Assembly (NCBI GenBank): GCA_964016885.1
Contig: OZ024741.1
Span: 150,350,001-150,414,000, forward strand
DNA: 64,000 nt
Direction: 5' to 3'
Source of the DNA: Eledone cirrhosa
Lineage: Eukaryota
The notes below the pieces were generated by a model, which saw only the letters and a program-made list of their open reading frames with translations, ran no database searches and was not told the origin of the DNA. A program made the position numbers and the translations under genes. Position 1 is the first letter of the stretch, and each line of letters opens with the position of its first letter. Below are positions 28,186-42,423 of this stretch, piece by piece.

Positions 28186-29205
28186 TAAGCAAAATTCTAA
28201 AGTTCCAACTTTCTGTCGGACCGTTGGGTGGGTTGTAATGGCGGCGCGACCAGCTCCCTGGCGCACGAGCTCACCTGGAGTGCTTGGAAAAATAAATTTC
28301 CTCTTCTTTCGGTAAATGAAAATACTCGGCGTGGCTTAATTCGCCATGGGGCCCGGGGCGCGGCCGGTGTTTTAACCGCCACATAGTACCTTTAAATTAC
28401 AGATCAAATCGGAACTATTAGATATATCAACCTGAAAGTGTTAAACTGTTGAACTTTAAATTTTCTAACCTCTTTAATATTGAATATTGATTATTAATTT
28501 TTTAACTTCATCCTATAAGTCTAAACATTGTAACACACTGACCCCCAATATATTCACCTCTGCTAAGATGCAGGTCCCTGTGAACATTTTCTCGCGCCAC
28601 TCCTGGCCCGACTGTGGTGTGACATTAATATCGACCTTCCTTCCTCTCTCTTTCTATCTTCCTTCTTGTAGCTATCAACCATTACTCTTCTACTTCTCTA
28701 AGCAAAATTTTAAAGTTCCAACTTTCTGTCGGATTGTAGGGTGGGTTTTAATAGCGGCGCGACCGGCTCCCTGGCGCACGAGCTCACCTGGAGTGCTTGG
28801 AAAATTAAATTTCCCCTTCTTTCGGTAAATGAAAATACTCGGCGTAGCTTAATTCGCCATGGGGCACGGGGCGCGGCCGGTGTTTTAACCGCCACATAGT
28901 ACCTTTAAATTACAGAACAAATCGGAACTATTATATAATAAAATGTCAAACTGTTGAACTTTAAATTTTCTAACCTCTTTAATATTGAATATTGATTATT
29001 AATTTTTTTAACTTCATCCTAGAAGTCTAAACACTGTAACACACTGACTCCCAATATATTCACCTCTGCTAAGATGCGGGTCCCTGTGAAAATTTTATCG
29101 CGCCACTCCTGGCCTGACTGTGGTCTGACATTAATATCGACCTTTCTTCCTCTTTCTTTCTATCTTCCTTCTTGTAGCCATCAACCCTTACTTTTCTACT
29201 TCTCT
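28186..29205. repeat. Two ~513-bp tandem units with a GC-rich core
   Basis: TAAGCAAAATT.TAAAGTTCCAACTTTCTGTCGGA at ~28187 and ~28698. Near-identical spurious ORFs at 28197 and 28710. Confidence 0.88.
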
Positions 29206-29594
29206 CTTCTCTTGCTTCTCTTCTCCCCTCTTCCTGTCTTCCTCCCGCAGACTTATCTTCCTTCCCCCTCTTGCTTGCCTATATCTGACCGGTAGTAGTT
29301 GCCTTTCTTCTTTTAGCTGACATTAACCCTGGCTTCTCTTCTTCTTTCTTCCCCCTTCTTCTCTCTCCTTCCTTTCTTTCTTTCTTTTACCTTGTGTCAT
29401 GAGATTGACGTTAACTTATGTTCCCATCCCTTTCTGTTTTCGTTTATCTGACCGGTAGTAGCATACTATAAACTTTAGCCACGTCACTCCAGCGCGACCG
29501 GCTGAGGTTGAAGGAACAGAATAACGGTCGCCCTCGGGTCCTCGATTTTCAGCCCCATGGATTTTATCTATTACATTCACGTATTATATTTCGA

Positions 29595-29652
29595 ATACCT
29601 GATGATATCACCGGATTCATACGGAACCCGGTCATTGAAATGATCATAGTAT
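29595..29652 (+). ncRNA. Minimal type I hammerhead in the second pLTR
   Basis: Identical to 26687-26744. Confidence 0.75.
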
Positions 29653-29729
29653 AATAAACCTTTCAAGGATTTACACAAATCCAGCCTCCTGTCATTTCAG
29701 TATAATATATATATATATATATATATATA

Positions 29730-29985
29730 AGGAGAAGGCAACTCAGGAAACTGGGATAACTCCGATATAACACCTGCACTCAGTAGTTACCGATGATGTT
29801 GATCTTTTCTTCTTTTCGGGTTATAGATACTGTCGATCAGAGAGTGGGATTGGCTCAGTGCACAGTCTTTCCTCACTTTTAAAAATATCTTCATGCACAG
29901 GCATTGCACGATAGAATTAATACATAATTATTAATTATGGTATATCGTACAATGGCCATAATCGATAACGAGGGGGCAATCATCA
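29730..29985 (+). repeat. Dispersed repeat, truncated copy of 38599-38845
   Basis: GGAGAAG.CAACTCAGGAAACTGG...GGATTGGCTCAGTGCACAGTCTTTCCTCACTTT is shared between the two copies. Confidence 0.8.
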
Positions 29986-30010
29986 TATACATATATACAT
30001 GCATACATAC

Positions 30011-30098
<88 letters not shown>

Positions 30099-30209
30099 TT
30101 ATATGGCAGGATGGATTCAGTTTGAAGAACTGATTAGACCATTAGTCTGGAACTAGCTGTTGAAACGGCAATAGCTCAGCCGTCCGGTCCTGACTCTTTA
30201 TAATATACA

Positions 30210-30452
<243 letters not shown>

Positions 30453-31225
30453 CAAATAAGCAAGTTGGGCCGTCGATCACAAACAAATCCAAACGCAGAC
30501 ACACCGAGGACAGATTCAAAGTAATTATAGACTGCCATATACGTAAATAATAGACTCAGAAAAGAAAGCCAACAATAAACAAGACATCTAGTGGATAAGA
30601 TCTTTGAATTCCAAACTCATAAATGAAACATTCATAAAAACAAAGCCAATCATGAACTAAATGTCTATATTAGAACTAAGACATCCTCTATAAACCCTAC
30701 CTCAGACATTATCCATATTTCCCAACCTTTAACTTGCTCTAAATATGAATATGGGGGAGACGCACCTTTTCAAGCTGCAGCCGTCAAATTACGTAGTTTT
30801 TGTATAAAAATAGACATTAAACAATATCCATTATTACCCGCAGCCACGACAACCACATTGCGTTATTGGCCTTGATCCACCCTCTTCCGTATACCCTTGA
30901 CCTTAAACCCTCAAACTATCTACCAAGGTGACGTGATGTCGTTCATCGAGTGGCCCAGTTTTCACAACATAACATAAAAACCAAATAAATAGTTAAGAAA
31001 AAATACTAAGTTATTAAGGGAATGAGCGAAACGATTACAAGATGAAGTCTAGCTCAGACTCCATAAACTAAAAGTCAAATCAGAATAAAGAAAAATACCC
31101 AATTTATTTAGAAATAAGCGAAATGAATCCATGATGAATATGATACCAGATAATACTATAACAAAAGGTGACGAAAACGTATAAATCTCGGTGTCATTAT
31201 TTGGCAGTATCAGTATAAGGGCGCT

Positions 31226-31592
31226 GGATTGGCAGTATCAGTAGAGGGTCGAACGCCATGCTTTGATGCATAGAGTTACGGCCCTTGCCATTCTGAGTTC
31301 AAATCCCACCGAGATTAACTTTGCCGTTCATCCTTACGGGGTCGATAAAATAAAGTACCAGTAATGTACTGGGTAATTGTTGGCCTTGTGCCAAAAGTAG
31401 AAACAATTATTTGGCAGTATCGGTAGAGGGTCTGACGCCATGCTTTGCAGCAAAGAGTTACGGCCCTTTATGGTTTGAATTCAAATCCCGCCAAGGTTAA
31501 CTTTGTCTTTCATCCTTACGGGGTCGATAAAATAAAGTACCAGTAATGCACTGGATATTTGTTGGCCTTGTGCCAAAAGTAGAAACAATTAT
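31226..31592 (+). mobile_element. Two head-to-tail full-length tRNA-derived SINEs
   Basis: A-box-like TGGCAGTATC(A/G)GTAG, B-box-like G(A/G)TTCAAATCC, conserved core and tail, repeated at 31226 and ~31410. Confidence 0.85.
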
Positions 31593-32141
31593 TAATATAA
31601 AATAAACATGATGTACACACTCGAATGTAGAACATAATTAAGATTAAATAAAATACTAAGCTATTAAAGCAAAGAACCAAACGATTACGAGTTGAAGAAT
31701 ACAAGAAGTCTAGTTCCTATTCCATAACCAGAACTCCTTCCTATATCTCTTTCATATACGAAAGAGTTCTTCAGGACTAGAACTGTTTTACTCGTATGAA
31801 TTATATACATATACATACACCTTCTCTTCTAATGTATGTAATGTATTGGGTATCTTATTTAATCGTTCTTCTCTCCCCGAAAAGCTTGAAAGAATGATAG
31901 AGAAATTGGTTGAAAATTGCCGCGCATTTGAAAGATATTTTATATCAATGGTGCTATCTTTTGAAGAGTTGAGAGAAAATAGAAGTCTGAGAAATAGGTT
32001 CGAATATAGATAAATCAATAAATAGGTTGAAATCTAGATAGATAAACAGTTATATATATATCGTAGATAGATAGACAGAGAGAAAGACATATGTAGATGT
32101 GAGAGTGAATAGAAAGAAAGATAATGATATACATATATATA

Positions 32142-32607
32142 CAGTAATCCCTCCTACACACTTTAAGTACATATAAACTCATTAAAACACACTTTTGTAT
32201 TGAAACACCTAAAACCAGCCAGTAACAATCGTATAGAAGTTACCACCAACGATAGTATCACTAGCTACCAAAGACGACCATTAGAGAAAAACACAATCAG
32301 CAAAACAGTAATAGAATTAGCAAAACAGTAATAGAATGAAACATGAAAACCTTTTTTTATAGTTTAAGCCTTAAGATGTCCCTTCTTTACGCTATACACT
32401 TCAATCATATCAAAACTTATTTAATAAGTTTAAAATTTAAACACTTTTTATTTAGACGTACGTACCGCGATAAGAAAATAGATATGTTCAAACGAAAAAC
32501 CCGCGATGTAGCGAGGATTACCGCGATAGGAAATTAGATACGTTGCAAAGAAAAATCCACGGTGTAGCGGGACCGCGAAAAACGAACCGCGATAGAGCGG
32601 GGGATTA

Positions 32608-32610
<3 letters not shown>
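32142..32610. mobile_element. pogo/Tigger-like MITE (Tc1-mariner superfamily)
   Basis: TIRs CAGTAATCCCTC ... GGGGGATTACTG flanked by TA on both sides, with subterminal ACCGCGAT repeats. Confidence 0.8.
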
Positions 32611-32667
<57 letters not shown>

Positions 32668-32684
32668 GGAGAGTGAGAAAGAGA

Positions 32685-32739
<55 letters not shown>

Positions 32740-33496
32740 TGAGAGAGAGAGAGTAATTCATAAAAAGAAGCAGAGAAAAATAACTAACGATTCACGAATG
32801 TGAAGAATATGGTATTGTTCTCTTGATGGCATAACTAGTTTACAGTTGATGTAATAAGAAGGTTGATATTTTCGGCGATAATTTGAGAACATCACTAGAG
32901 ACTGGTTGTCTTTAATTATGTCCTAAAACGTAACTCCTATGATACACACCAAAGCTTTTGTTTGGCATTTCATCCTAAATAAATGTACCATAAGAAAACA
33001 CCAATTTATATCTACAAAGACAAACTGCAGCAACATTCAAAACGAAAATTAAACCAAGTAATTCTTGTTTACGCGAGGAGGAAGAGAATCTATTATTAGT
33101 TACGCGAAATAGAGTTGATTTTATTTGATTTTGTCTCAAAATTACATGTACGCATATATCTGCTGTACTGAACATTTCCTATGCTACACGTAGGCGGTGA
33201 TTTTGCAAAGTCGTTAGAGCTTTACGAAAATGATTTGCAGTATTTATTTTGGAAAGAAACAAGGAAATCGGAATGTTACATTGGGAATATCTCATAGTTC
33301 CTTATATTTTGCGTAACATATCCATTGATGAAGAAAACTATTAAAGAACAACCGAAAAATTAATTCCGTTATGTTTTTGTGTTGAAACAGATTCCAGATA
33401 ACCTGTGTGTATTTATGTGCGTGGGAAGAACTAGGTGAAACTCACCATCAATATATTTTGTAAGGTGTACAGCAGCACTCTATCGACGAGGGAGGT

Positions 33497-33683
33497 GGAT
33501 TGGCAGTATCGGTAGAGGGTCGGACGCCATGCTTTTCAGCACAGAGTTACGGCCCTTTACGGTCTGAATTCAAATCCCACCGAGGTTTACTTTGCCTTTC
33601 ATCCTTACGGGATCGATAAAATAAAGAGCCAGTAATGCACTGAGATAATTGCTGGCCTTGTGCCAAAAGTAGAAACAATTATT
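33497..33683 (+). mobile_element. tRNA-derived SINE, full length
   Basis: Same family as 31226. Confidence 0.85.
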
Positions 33684-33806
33684 TAATTAATGACGTTATC
33701 AAACGAATTTAAACTGGCCATTTCAATTGAATTTTTTTTTTCTGGTATGTGTTTGACAAATTGCAATTGCTATAAGTTTTCTTCGTAGGTTGAAGGATAA
33801 GGATAC

Positions 33807-33853
33807 TTGTCGCCTGATGAACAGCTACCTAGATGTGAAACATGTAAAGGCAA
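33807..33853 (+). ncRNA. Hammerhead-like motif with degenerate stem I
   Basis: TTGTCGC-CTGATGA-ACAGCTA/CC/TAGATGT-GAAA-CATG-TA-AAGGCAA. Palindrome ACATGT and GUA site are present; the two proximal stem I pairs are mismatched. Confidence 0.55.
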
Positions 33854-34428
33854 TGTTTATTAAATGACTGTGTTTCCGCTGCTTACTTTTCTCATTGAGG
33901 GCTTATAATTTAAAACTGTAGTTACACCTCCATCAAATTTATCTTTGATTTTCTCATATACACTGTGTCATGCATAGATACTCATTATATACTTAAAGAT
34001 TAACATTCCGTCGAAAAAAAAAACGCTTTCATAGTTCTTCATAACACTCAGAGAAGCAGAAAATGAAATCTGAAACGAACTGAAGTAGTTGCATATTTTC
34101 ATCGCTGTGTAGTCAATATATACCAATTAGGAATTGAGTATCATTCAATCGGCACTATATTTTTTCTAAATTTGCTGCCGAAATGTGTATACCAAATATA
34201 TGCTTCCGTTCAAAATTGTACCCTTCAAAATTGCTCTACAAATATCTACTAAATATTGTACCCAAATTTCCACTGCAGATATGTTCACTTAATCATAAGA
34301 ATAAGTGTATGGCCAATGAATACGCTTCACAACAAAAGTGATTTCGCGTTCGGTCCCATTTCATGGCATCCTAGGCAAGTGTCTTCGGCTATAGTCTCAG
34401 GTCGACCAATATCTTGTCCATGAAATTC

Positions 34429-34540
34429 GTAGCTGAGTGGTTAGAGAATTGGATTCGCAATCGTGAGGTTGTGAGTTCGGTTCCCGGACCGTATGATGCG
34501 TTATGTCCTTGAGCACAAGACACTTTATTTCACGTTCCTC
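34429..34540 (+). mobile_element. Second tRNA-derived SINE family, 5' part
   Basis: TAGCTGAGTGGTTAG (A box) ... GAGTTCGGTTCCC (B box) followed by TGTCCTTGAGCA..ACACTTTAT. No tRNA acceptor stem. Confidence 0.65.
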
Positions 34541-35064
34541 CTACCTGGAGTCGCGACCGATAGATAGTATTAGCAATTGGAAAGACCAATGGAAACATTG
34601 TTACCTCGGTCCGATTTGACGAAAGTCGATCACTGTCTATATATATATATATGTATATGTGTATGTATATATATATGTCTGTGTGTGTGTGTGTGTGTCT
34701 GCTTGTGTATGTGTGTGAGTGTGTGTGCGTGAGTGTGCGTGTGTGCCCGTGTTTAGGTTTAGTGTTTGTTAATGTCGCATAAATTAGTGGTTTGACAAAA
34801 AGGAATCGATAGTTGAAAACAATACGTACTGGAGTCGATATAATTAACCAAATTCCCTTCTGTTAAGTGACTGAAACAACTAATATAATTTAAGAATATA
34901 TAACCATCCCTTATTTTTTTCGCTACAAATTTGCCCATTATATCAATTCGTCCATTTTCCATTCAGTTTTTGACTTCAAATTCGAATTCTAAATTTTCCA
35001 TATAAATTTCTGTTCAAAAGTTGTTTACTTAGTGAATAGTGTGAATTCATCATACCTATATAAG

Positions 35065-36310
<1,246 letters not shown>

Positions 36311-36554
36311 TAATCGTGAAATTCTTTCTTGTATATACAGAGGCTTATAAAGATTATGTAGTGTATGTGTTTCTACGTATGTATATGTTTTTAAAGTCAT
36401 TATTCATTTCTTTTCCAATGAATGTACGTGTGTATGTAACAAAAAGGGGGAAAGGGGACTGGTTGAGCGTAGGTAGATTGGTATTTGTGTATGTTTGCAG
36501 AGGGTGTTAAATGTCAATGTATCACGTTACATTATTACACAATATTAAGGGCAG

Positions 36555-36725
36555 TGGATTGGCAGTACCGGTAGACGGTCGGAAACCATGCTTTCCAGCA
36601 TAGAGTTACATCCCTTTACGGACTGAGTTCAAATCCCGCCTTTCATCCTACGGGAGCGATAAAATACAGTACCAGTAATGCACTGGGATAATTGCTGGCC
36701 TTGTGCCAAAAGTAGAAATAATTAT
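36555..36725 (+). mobile_element. tRNA-derived SINE with an internal deletion
   Basis: Same family as 31226. Confidence 0.8.
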
Positions 36726-36881
36726 TACACAATATTACTGAAACTTCTCGAAACAATATCCCCCACCTTGCAGAGATTTTCGAAATGTTACTCCCGAGTT
36801 CTTGCTGAATACCTTCGGGAATGTGACAATGTATGTATGTGTATGTGTGCGTGTGCGCGAGGTGTCCTACACGAGTGAAAG

Positions 36882-37105
36882 TATAAGGAAAAAAAATGAA
36901 ATCGAAAATACAACTGGACTCTTTTAAAAAAAATATATATTTATTTGGTTCCTTTACCGGATGTGAGAAAAACCACAAACCCTCCATCTCAATTCTACTT
37001 TTGAAAAGCAGAAGAACTGCGAAACCACCAGTAAAGCAGCCAAATAAATATATATTTAAAAAAAAAAGAGTCCAGTTGCATTTTCGATTTCATCTTTTTT
37101 CCTTA

Positions 37106-37107
<2 letters not shown>
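36882..37107. repeat. ~80-bp-arm inverted repeat (MITE-like)
   Basis: TATAAGGAAAAAAAATGAAATCGAAAATACAACTGGACTC pairs with GAGTCCAGTTGCATTTTCGATTTCATCTTTTTTCCTTATA. Confidence 0.8.
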
Positions 37108-37145
<38 letters not shown>

Positions 37146-37149
<4 letters not shown>

Positions 37150-38102
37150 TAAATTAGTGAGAATCGTATTACGGCTATTGGAAATTAGCGAAAAACAACT
37201 TCCAAGATGTGTGGCAAGCGCTCCATAGAAGCTAATGAACTAGAGCTACAACATAAGTTAAAAGGCGAAACACACTGAGACGATGGTTAAACCTTTATCC
37301 GCACAGCCATAGAAACGACCAAGTAATTCGGGTCAAACAAATAAAATATGATTGAAAAATTATACCCGGACCCCTGGAAGGTTGGTAAAATATCCAGCAT
37401 TTGGGTTTCTGCAACTCCCAAATCAAGTACTGTCCGCTTAGAGAAATAATTGTTTCTACTTTAGGCACAAGGCCAGCAATTACCCAGTGCATTACTGGTA
37501 CTTTATTTTATCGACCCCGTAAGGATGAAAGGCAAAGTCAACCTCGGCGGGATTTGAACTCAGATCGTAGAGAAATAATGTTAAGCTTTTGGTAAGATGA
37601 TTGAACAAGGAAGTCACTTTCTCAACAGGCTTTTAGTTCAAGTGCCAAGCGAAAGACTGACCATTATCAAAACCCACGTTGGGCTCGACAAGGGGGGCAA
37701 CCCTTAGTTTTGGCGGATGAATTCAGTATGTGTGTTATTATTGCAAAATTGCAAAATATCACAAAACGAATTAAGTTCTCAACAGAATGGTTTTAAAATT
37801 AACAAAAGCTATTCATCAGTCAATAGAATTAACTAAAAAAAATCAAGAAAATTAACTGGTCAATAGCTAGACTCCGGAGATTAATACAAATATAAATTAG
37901 CGAGAATCGTATTTCGGTTATTGGAAATTAGCGAAAAACAACTTCCAAGATGTGTGGCAAGCGCTCCATAGAAGCTAATGAACTAGAGCTACATAATAAG
38001 TTAAAAGGCCAAACACACTGAGGCGATGGTTAAACCTTTATCCGCACAGCCATAGAAACGACCGAGTAATTCGGGTCAAACAAATAAAATATGATTGAAA
38101 AA
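37146..38102. mobile_element. Small element bounded by ~215-bp direct repeats (pLTR/TRIM-like), flanked by (TA)n, with a nested SINE
   Basis: 37146-37360 closely matches 37888-38102. Confidence 0.65.
37446..37563 (-). mobile_element. tRNA-derived SINE, truncated
   Basis: Reverse complement of the family core and tail. Confidence 0.8.
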
Positions 38103-38168
38103 TTGAAAAAATTGAAAAAAATAGAAAAAATTGAAAAAAAAAAAATATATATATATATATGTATGTAA

Positions 38169-38245
<77 letters not shown>

Positions 38246-38268
38246 TGTATGTATGTATGTATGTATGT

Positions 38269-38841
38269 CGGGTCACTCTTGAGTGCTACTGGTAACATGT
38301 AACCCAGAATAACCTGTCGCATGGTCGGTTCGTCGGCGACTAAACCGGCAACCCCACCATGTTTGCTTTGTGAGGAGGGTGATTTTGGACATCCTGCAGG
38401 ACAAAAAACAAAACCTGACAAAGGGTGGAAGCACTCATCAGAGTCAACGGCCATCCCAAAGTGTGTAAATATGTATATACACATGTACATATGTATGTAT
38501 ATGCACGGGGAGATAGAAATAATCGGGCTGGATATCCGATCGCGCGGCTAAGCCACTGAGAGTGAAGGACCCCTAGCCTTTGTCAGGACATTCTTCTAGG
38601 AGAAGACAACTCAGGAAACTGGAATAACTCCGACATAAAACCTGCGGTTCAGTAGTTACCGATGATGTTGATCTTTTCTTCTTTTCGGGTTATAGCTACT
38701 GTGGCTGAGAGAGTGGGATTGGCTCAGTGCACAGTCTTTCCTCACTTTAAAAAATCTTCACGCACAGACATCGCACGATAGCATTAATTAATAATAATGT
38801 TACATCGTGCAATGGTCATACTCGATAAGGAGTGGCCAGCC

Positions 38842-38845
<4 letters not shown>
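38269..38845 (+). repeat. Dispersed repeat of unassigned class, between microsatellites
   Basis: Its 3' part is duplicated at 29730-29985. Confidence 0.6.
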
Positions 38846-38884
<39 letters not shown>

Positions 38885-39239
38885 ACACACACATATATAT
38901 ATATATATATTCTTGTAGGGATTTAATCAACCATAATCGATCCAAGTCTGGTACTATTAACACTTTTTTCTGAAGACTGCCACCCTACTCCTACCCAAAT
39001 ATGGCATCAGCCTCGTGGTTCCGACCGACAGGATGGAGAAGACATTGCCTCGATGGACGGCGCGAGAGATGCGCTGGAACAGACAGCCACTCCACGTCGT
39101 GCGGCACGCAAATTTGGGCAGCTAACACCGCTCTGATAGCAGTGAACACGGATGTAGTCAAGGGACCAAGAAGACCGGAAGTCTCCACGGCTACAGGCTC
39201 AACTACAGCCAATCAGAGATCGGCTGAATCATTTCAGCG

Positions 39240-40923
39240 ACCTTCTTTTTGTTTAACCGCTAAGTTATGGGACATTGATATAGACAAACGATACACAAGG
39301 AACTCGCCACCGACCTTAAGGTAGATAAGAAGCTACAATCTCTAGCTAAGCGGGAGGCGTTCCTCACCCTGAAAAATCACAAGGTAGACTTTACTTCTAA
39401 CCCCACATGTAGACTAATAAACCCGGCATGCACAGATATGGGACTAGTCAGTAAGGCCATACTTAGAAACATAGTTAAGACCATTAGGACCAAGTCCAAT
39501 CTGCCCCAGTGGGAGAACAGCGACTCCGTAATTAAGTGGTTTAACTCCTTAAAATCCCCAAAAGCGAAGTTCACAGAGTTTGACATTGTCGATTTTTACC
39601 TGTCGATCTCAGAGACCCTGTTAAACAAAGCGTTGGACTTCGCTACCACTTATACCACCGTCGATGGTTTAGACAGGGAATTCATCGCTCACTGCCGGAA
39701 AACCCTCCTCTTCAACGACGGAGTAGCCTGGGCAAAGAAGTCTACATCTACAGACCTGTTCGACGTCTCCATGGGATCGTTTGACAGTGCTGACGGATGT
39801 GACTTGGTTGGCCTTTTTATCTTAAACATATTACGTGTTAGATACCCGGACTTCCACACGGGAATATACCGTGACGATGGACTGACTTTATCGAGCCATA
39901 AAAGTGGTCACGACCTCGACCAGTTTAAAAAAGACTTAGCTTCGACCTCCAATGAGTTAGGCCTTAGGATAACAGTAGCCACCAACCTCTCAAGCGTAGA
40001 TTTCTTAGACATTAATTTAGACCTTCGCACACCCACTCACAGACCCTTCCATAAACTAAACGAGAAACTTAATTACATTCACAAGGACTCATGCCATCCT
40101 TCCACTGTTTTTAGAAACTTCGTTAAGAATATCAGTACTAGAATCTCAAACCTCTCCTCTAATAAGGCTATCTTTGATAGGGCGGCACCCTACTACAACA
40201 CGGCGTTGGCTAACAGCGGCTTCTCACAACCTATCACCTACTCTCCCACTAGCAACAACACCATGAAGAAAAGTAAGCGCATCAATAGACAAACTATCTG
40301 GTTCTCTCCTCCCTTCTCACTCAACGTTAAAACCAATGTAGGAAAAAAATTACTAGCCCTCTTAGATAGACACTTCCCCATTTAACCGACACAAAGTAAA
40401 ACTAGGATACTCCTGCGCTAAGAACATGAAGGCCCACATCACCAGCAGCCCTAGGAGCAACACCCCACCAGGGTGATCTTGCCGTAAGCCTGAAGCTTGC
40501 CCCCTTCAACAGCAATGCAACACACCAGCTGTAATCTATGAAGCTGCGGTCACTTCCAACCGACCAAACGAACCACAGGAGGTCAAATCCTATGTGGGCA
40601 TAGCGGAGGGCCGATTCAAGGAGCGTTTCCTGAACCACCAGTCCACCTTCAGATACCCGGACAGACGTTCATCCATGAAACTCGCGAGCCACGTATGGTC
40701 CCTCAAGGACTTAAGTATAGGCTACTCCATTCAATGGAAAGCCATCACTAAGTCCAAGCCATACGCAAGGGGAAATCCGACGTGTGGCTTATGTATTGAC
40801 GAACGAATAACTATCCTAAAGAGATTACGCAATAGTGATTGCCTAAACACGAGAAGTGAATTTTTCACACGTTGTCCACACGTCACCAAACATCTATTGC
40901 ATAACTACAAGGCTCCGGACTGA
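39240..40923 (+). pseudogene. Penelope-like retroelement ORF: reverse transcriptase plus C-terminal GIY-YIG endonuclease, disrupted
   Basis: AFLTLKNHK..NPTCRLINP; RT motifs FDIVDFY, VSMGSFDSA, GIYRDDGL, VDFLDINL; thumb IWFSPPFSLNVKTNVGK; frameshift at ~40380; EN region *SCRKPEACPLQQQC..VIYEA..YVGIAEGRFKERFLNH..CGLCIDE. Confidence 0.92.
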
Positions 40924-41460
40924 TTCTTAGTAATTTTATTTTTAATTTTTTAAATTTTATTTTCAACCTAAAAACACTCCGGACTTTCGCGGTTATCTCC
41001 ATTACACCTCCCGCACGCAGTCTAGTATTGCCTGTGTGAAGTGACCGAGTTTCTGCGCATGCGCGTTCGTACGGTTGTCCTTCCTGTTCCTATAACCATA
41101 CACATCCCGTGTATGTGTGTGTGTGTGTGTGTAAAAGGTAAACAGAAATAACAACACAATCGGTACAGTATATGGAAGGAATATATTAGGTTAACGCTTG
41201 AAATAGCAGGAAGAGGGTCTTAACGTTTCGGACGCTAGTCTTTCACCAGAGGAAAGAATGAGAAATAAGATAGATTGAAGGGTCGGGCGGGGTGGAACTG
41301 GAAAAAATGTCTTTAGATAAAAATAACAGGTCCATTCATGTTGACATCTCTTGGAAAACATGGTGTCAAATGGATGAACTGGAGAGACGTAATTGGGTTT
41401 GCTTTCCGGACGGTGGAATCTCAGATCACAGAAAACCATATCATGGTCTGAGAGTAGCGT

Positions 41461-41545
<85 letters not shown>

Positions 41546-41801
41546 GAGCGATTTCTGCAGTTGGTCGACTCAATGTATCACGAATAAGAACTCCTTAGCC
41601 ACACAGCCATACTTGCGCCTATATATATATATATATGATTTAGATGGCTTATATTTCTAGAAACAGTTTATTATTTTCCATAGCATACTGTCAGCTTTAA
41701 TAATTCTAAACTATAAAACTATAGATATACAACAGACCAGAGAAATTATGGGAAAAATATGGACAGCAATTGCTACATACATACATACATATACCCATAT
41801 A

Positions 41802-41842
<41 letters not shown>

Positions 41843-42032
41843 GCAAACACATACACATAAACAATCATGAAATGGTAATTGAGACCTTATGTAAATATAT
41901 TATATCTAATATATTGAGAAAATGTATTAGTGTTTGTTTAAATGTTGAGTTACATTGTTTATTTAGAAACAATGTCACTCTCAACCGCTGTCACTATTTC
42001 TTTTTCTCTCTTTACCGCCCCTCTCACTATAT

Positions 42033-42097
<65 letters not shown>

Positions 42098-42190
42098 ACG
42101 CGCACATACATATATATAATTCATACATATATCATTGAACCAGTCTAGCTGTTGAGACGGCATGAGCTCAGTTGTCGGGCCCCGACGCTT

Positions 42191-42295
<105 letters not shown>

Positions 42296-42302
42296 ATATA
42301 TA

Positions 42303-42333
<31 letters not shown>

Positions 42334-42423
42334 ATGTAGGAGGTGAGTTTTATTGTAGTACAATAAAGCAATGCAGATATCGGATAAGAAGCACTCTACA
42401 GTTTGTAGGACTGGAGTATACAT

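Larger units (their letters stand above)
26077..29708 (+). mobile_element. Non-autonomous Penelope-like element with ~430-bp pseudo-LTRs and a 5' inverted segment
   Basis: Direct repeats 26371-26800 and 29279-29708 (offset 2908). 26077-26370 is the reverse complement of ~26644-26940. Flanked by (TA)n on both sides, an HHR in each pLTR, and no long ORF. Confidence 0.8.

Noticed and set aside
34429-34500. tRNA gene
   Set aside because: A and B boxes are present but there is no acceptor stem, and the sequence continues into a SINE body.
38006-38085. Hammerhead in the 215-bp direct repeat (CTGAGGC...GAAAC...GTC)
   Set aside because: The core box is mismatched and stem I cannot form.
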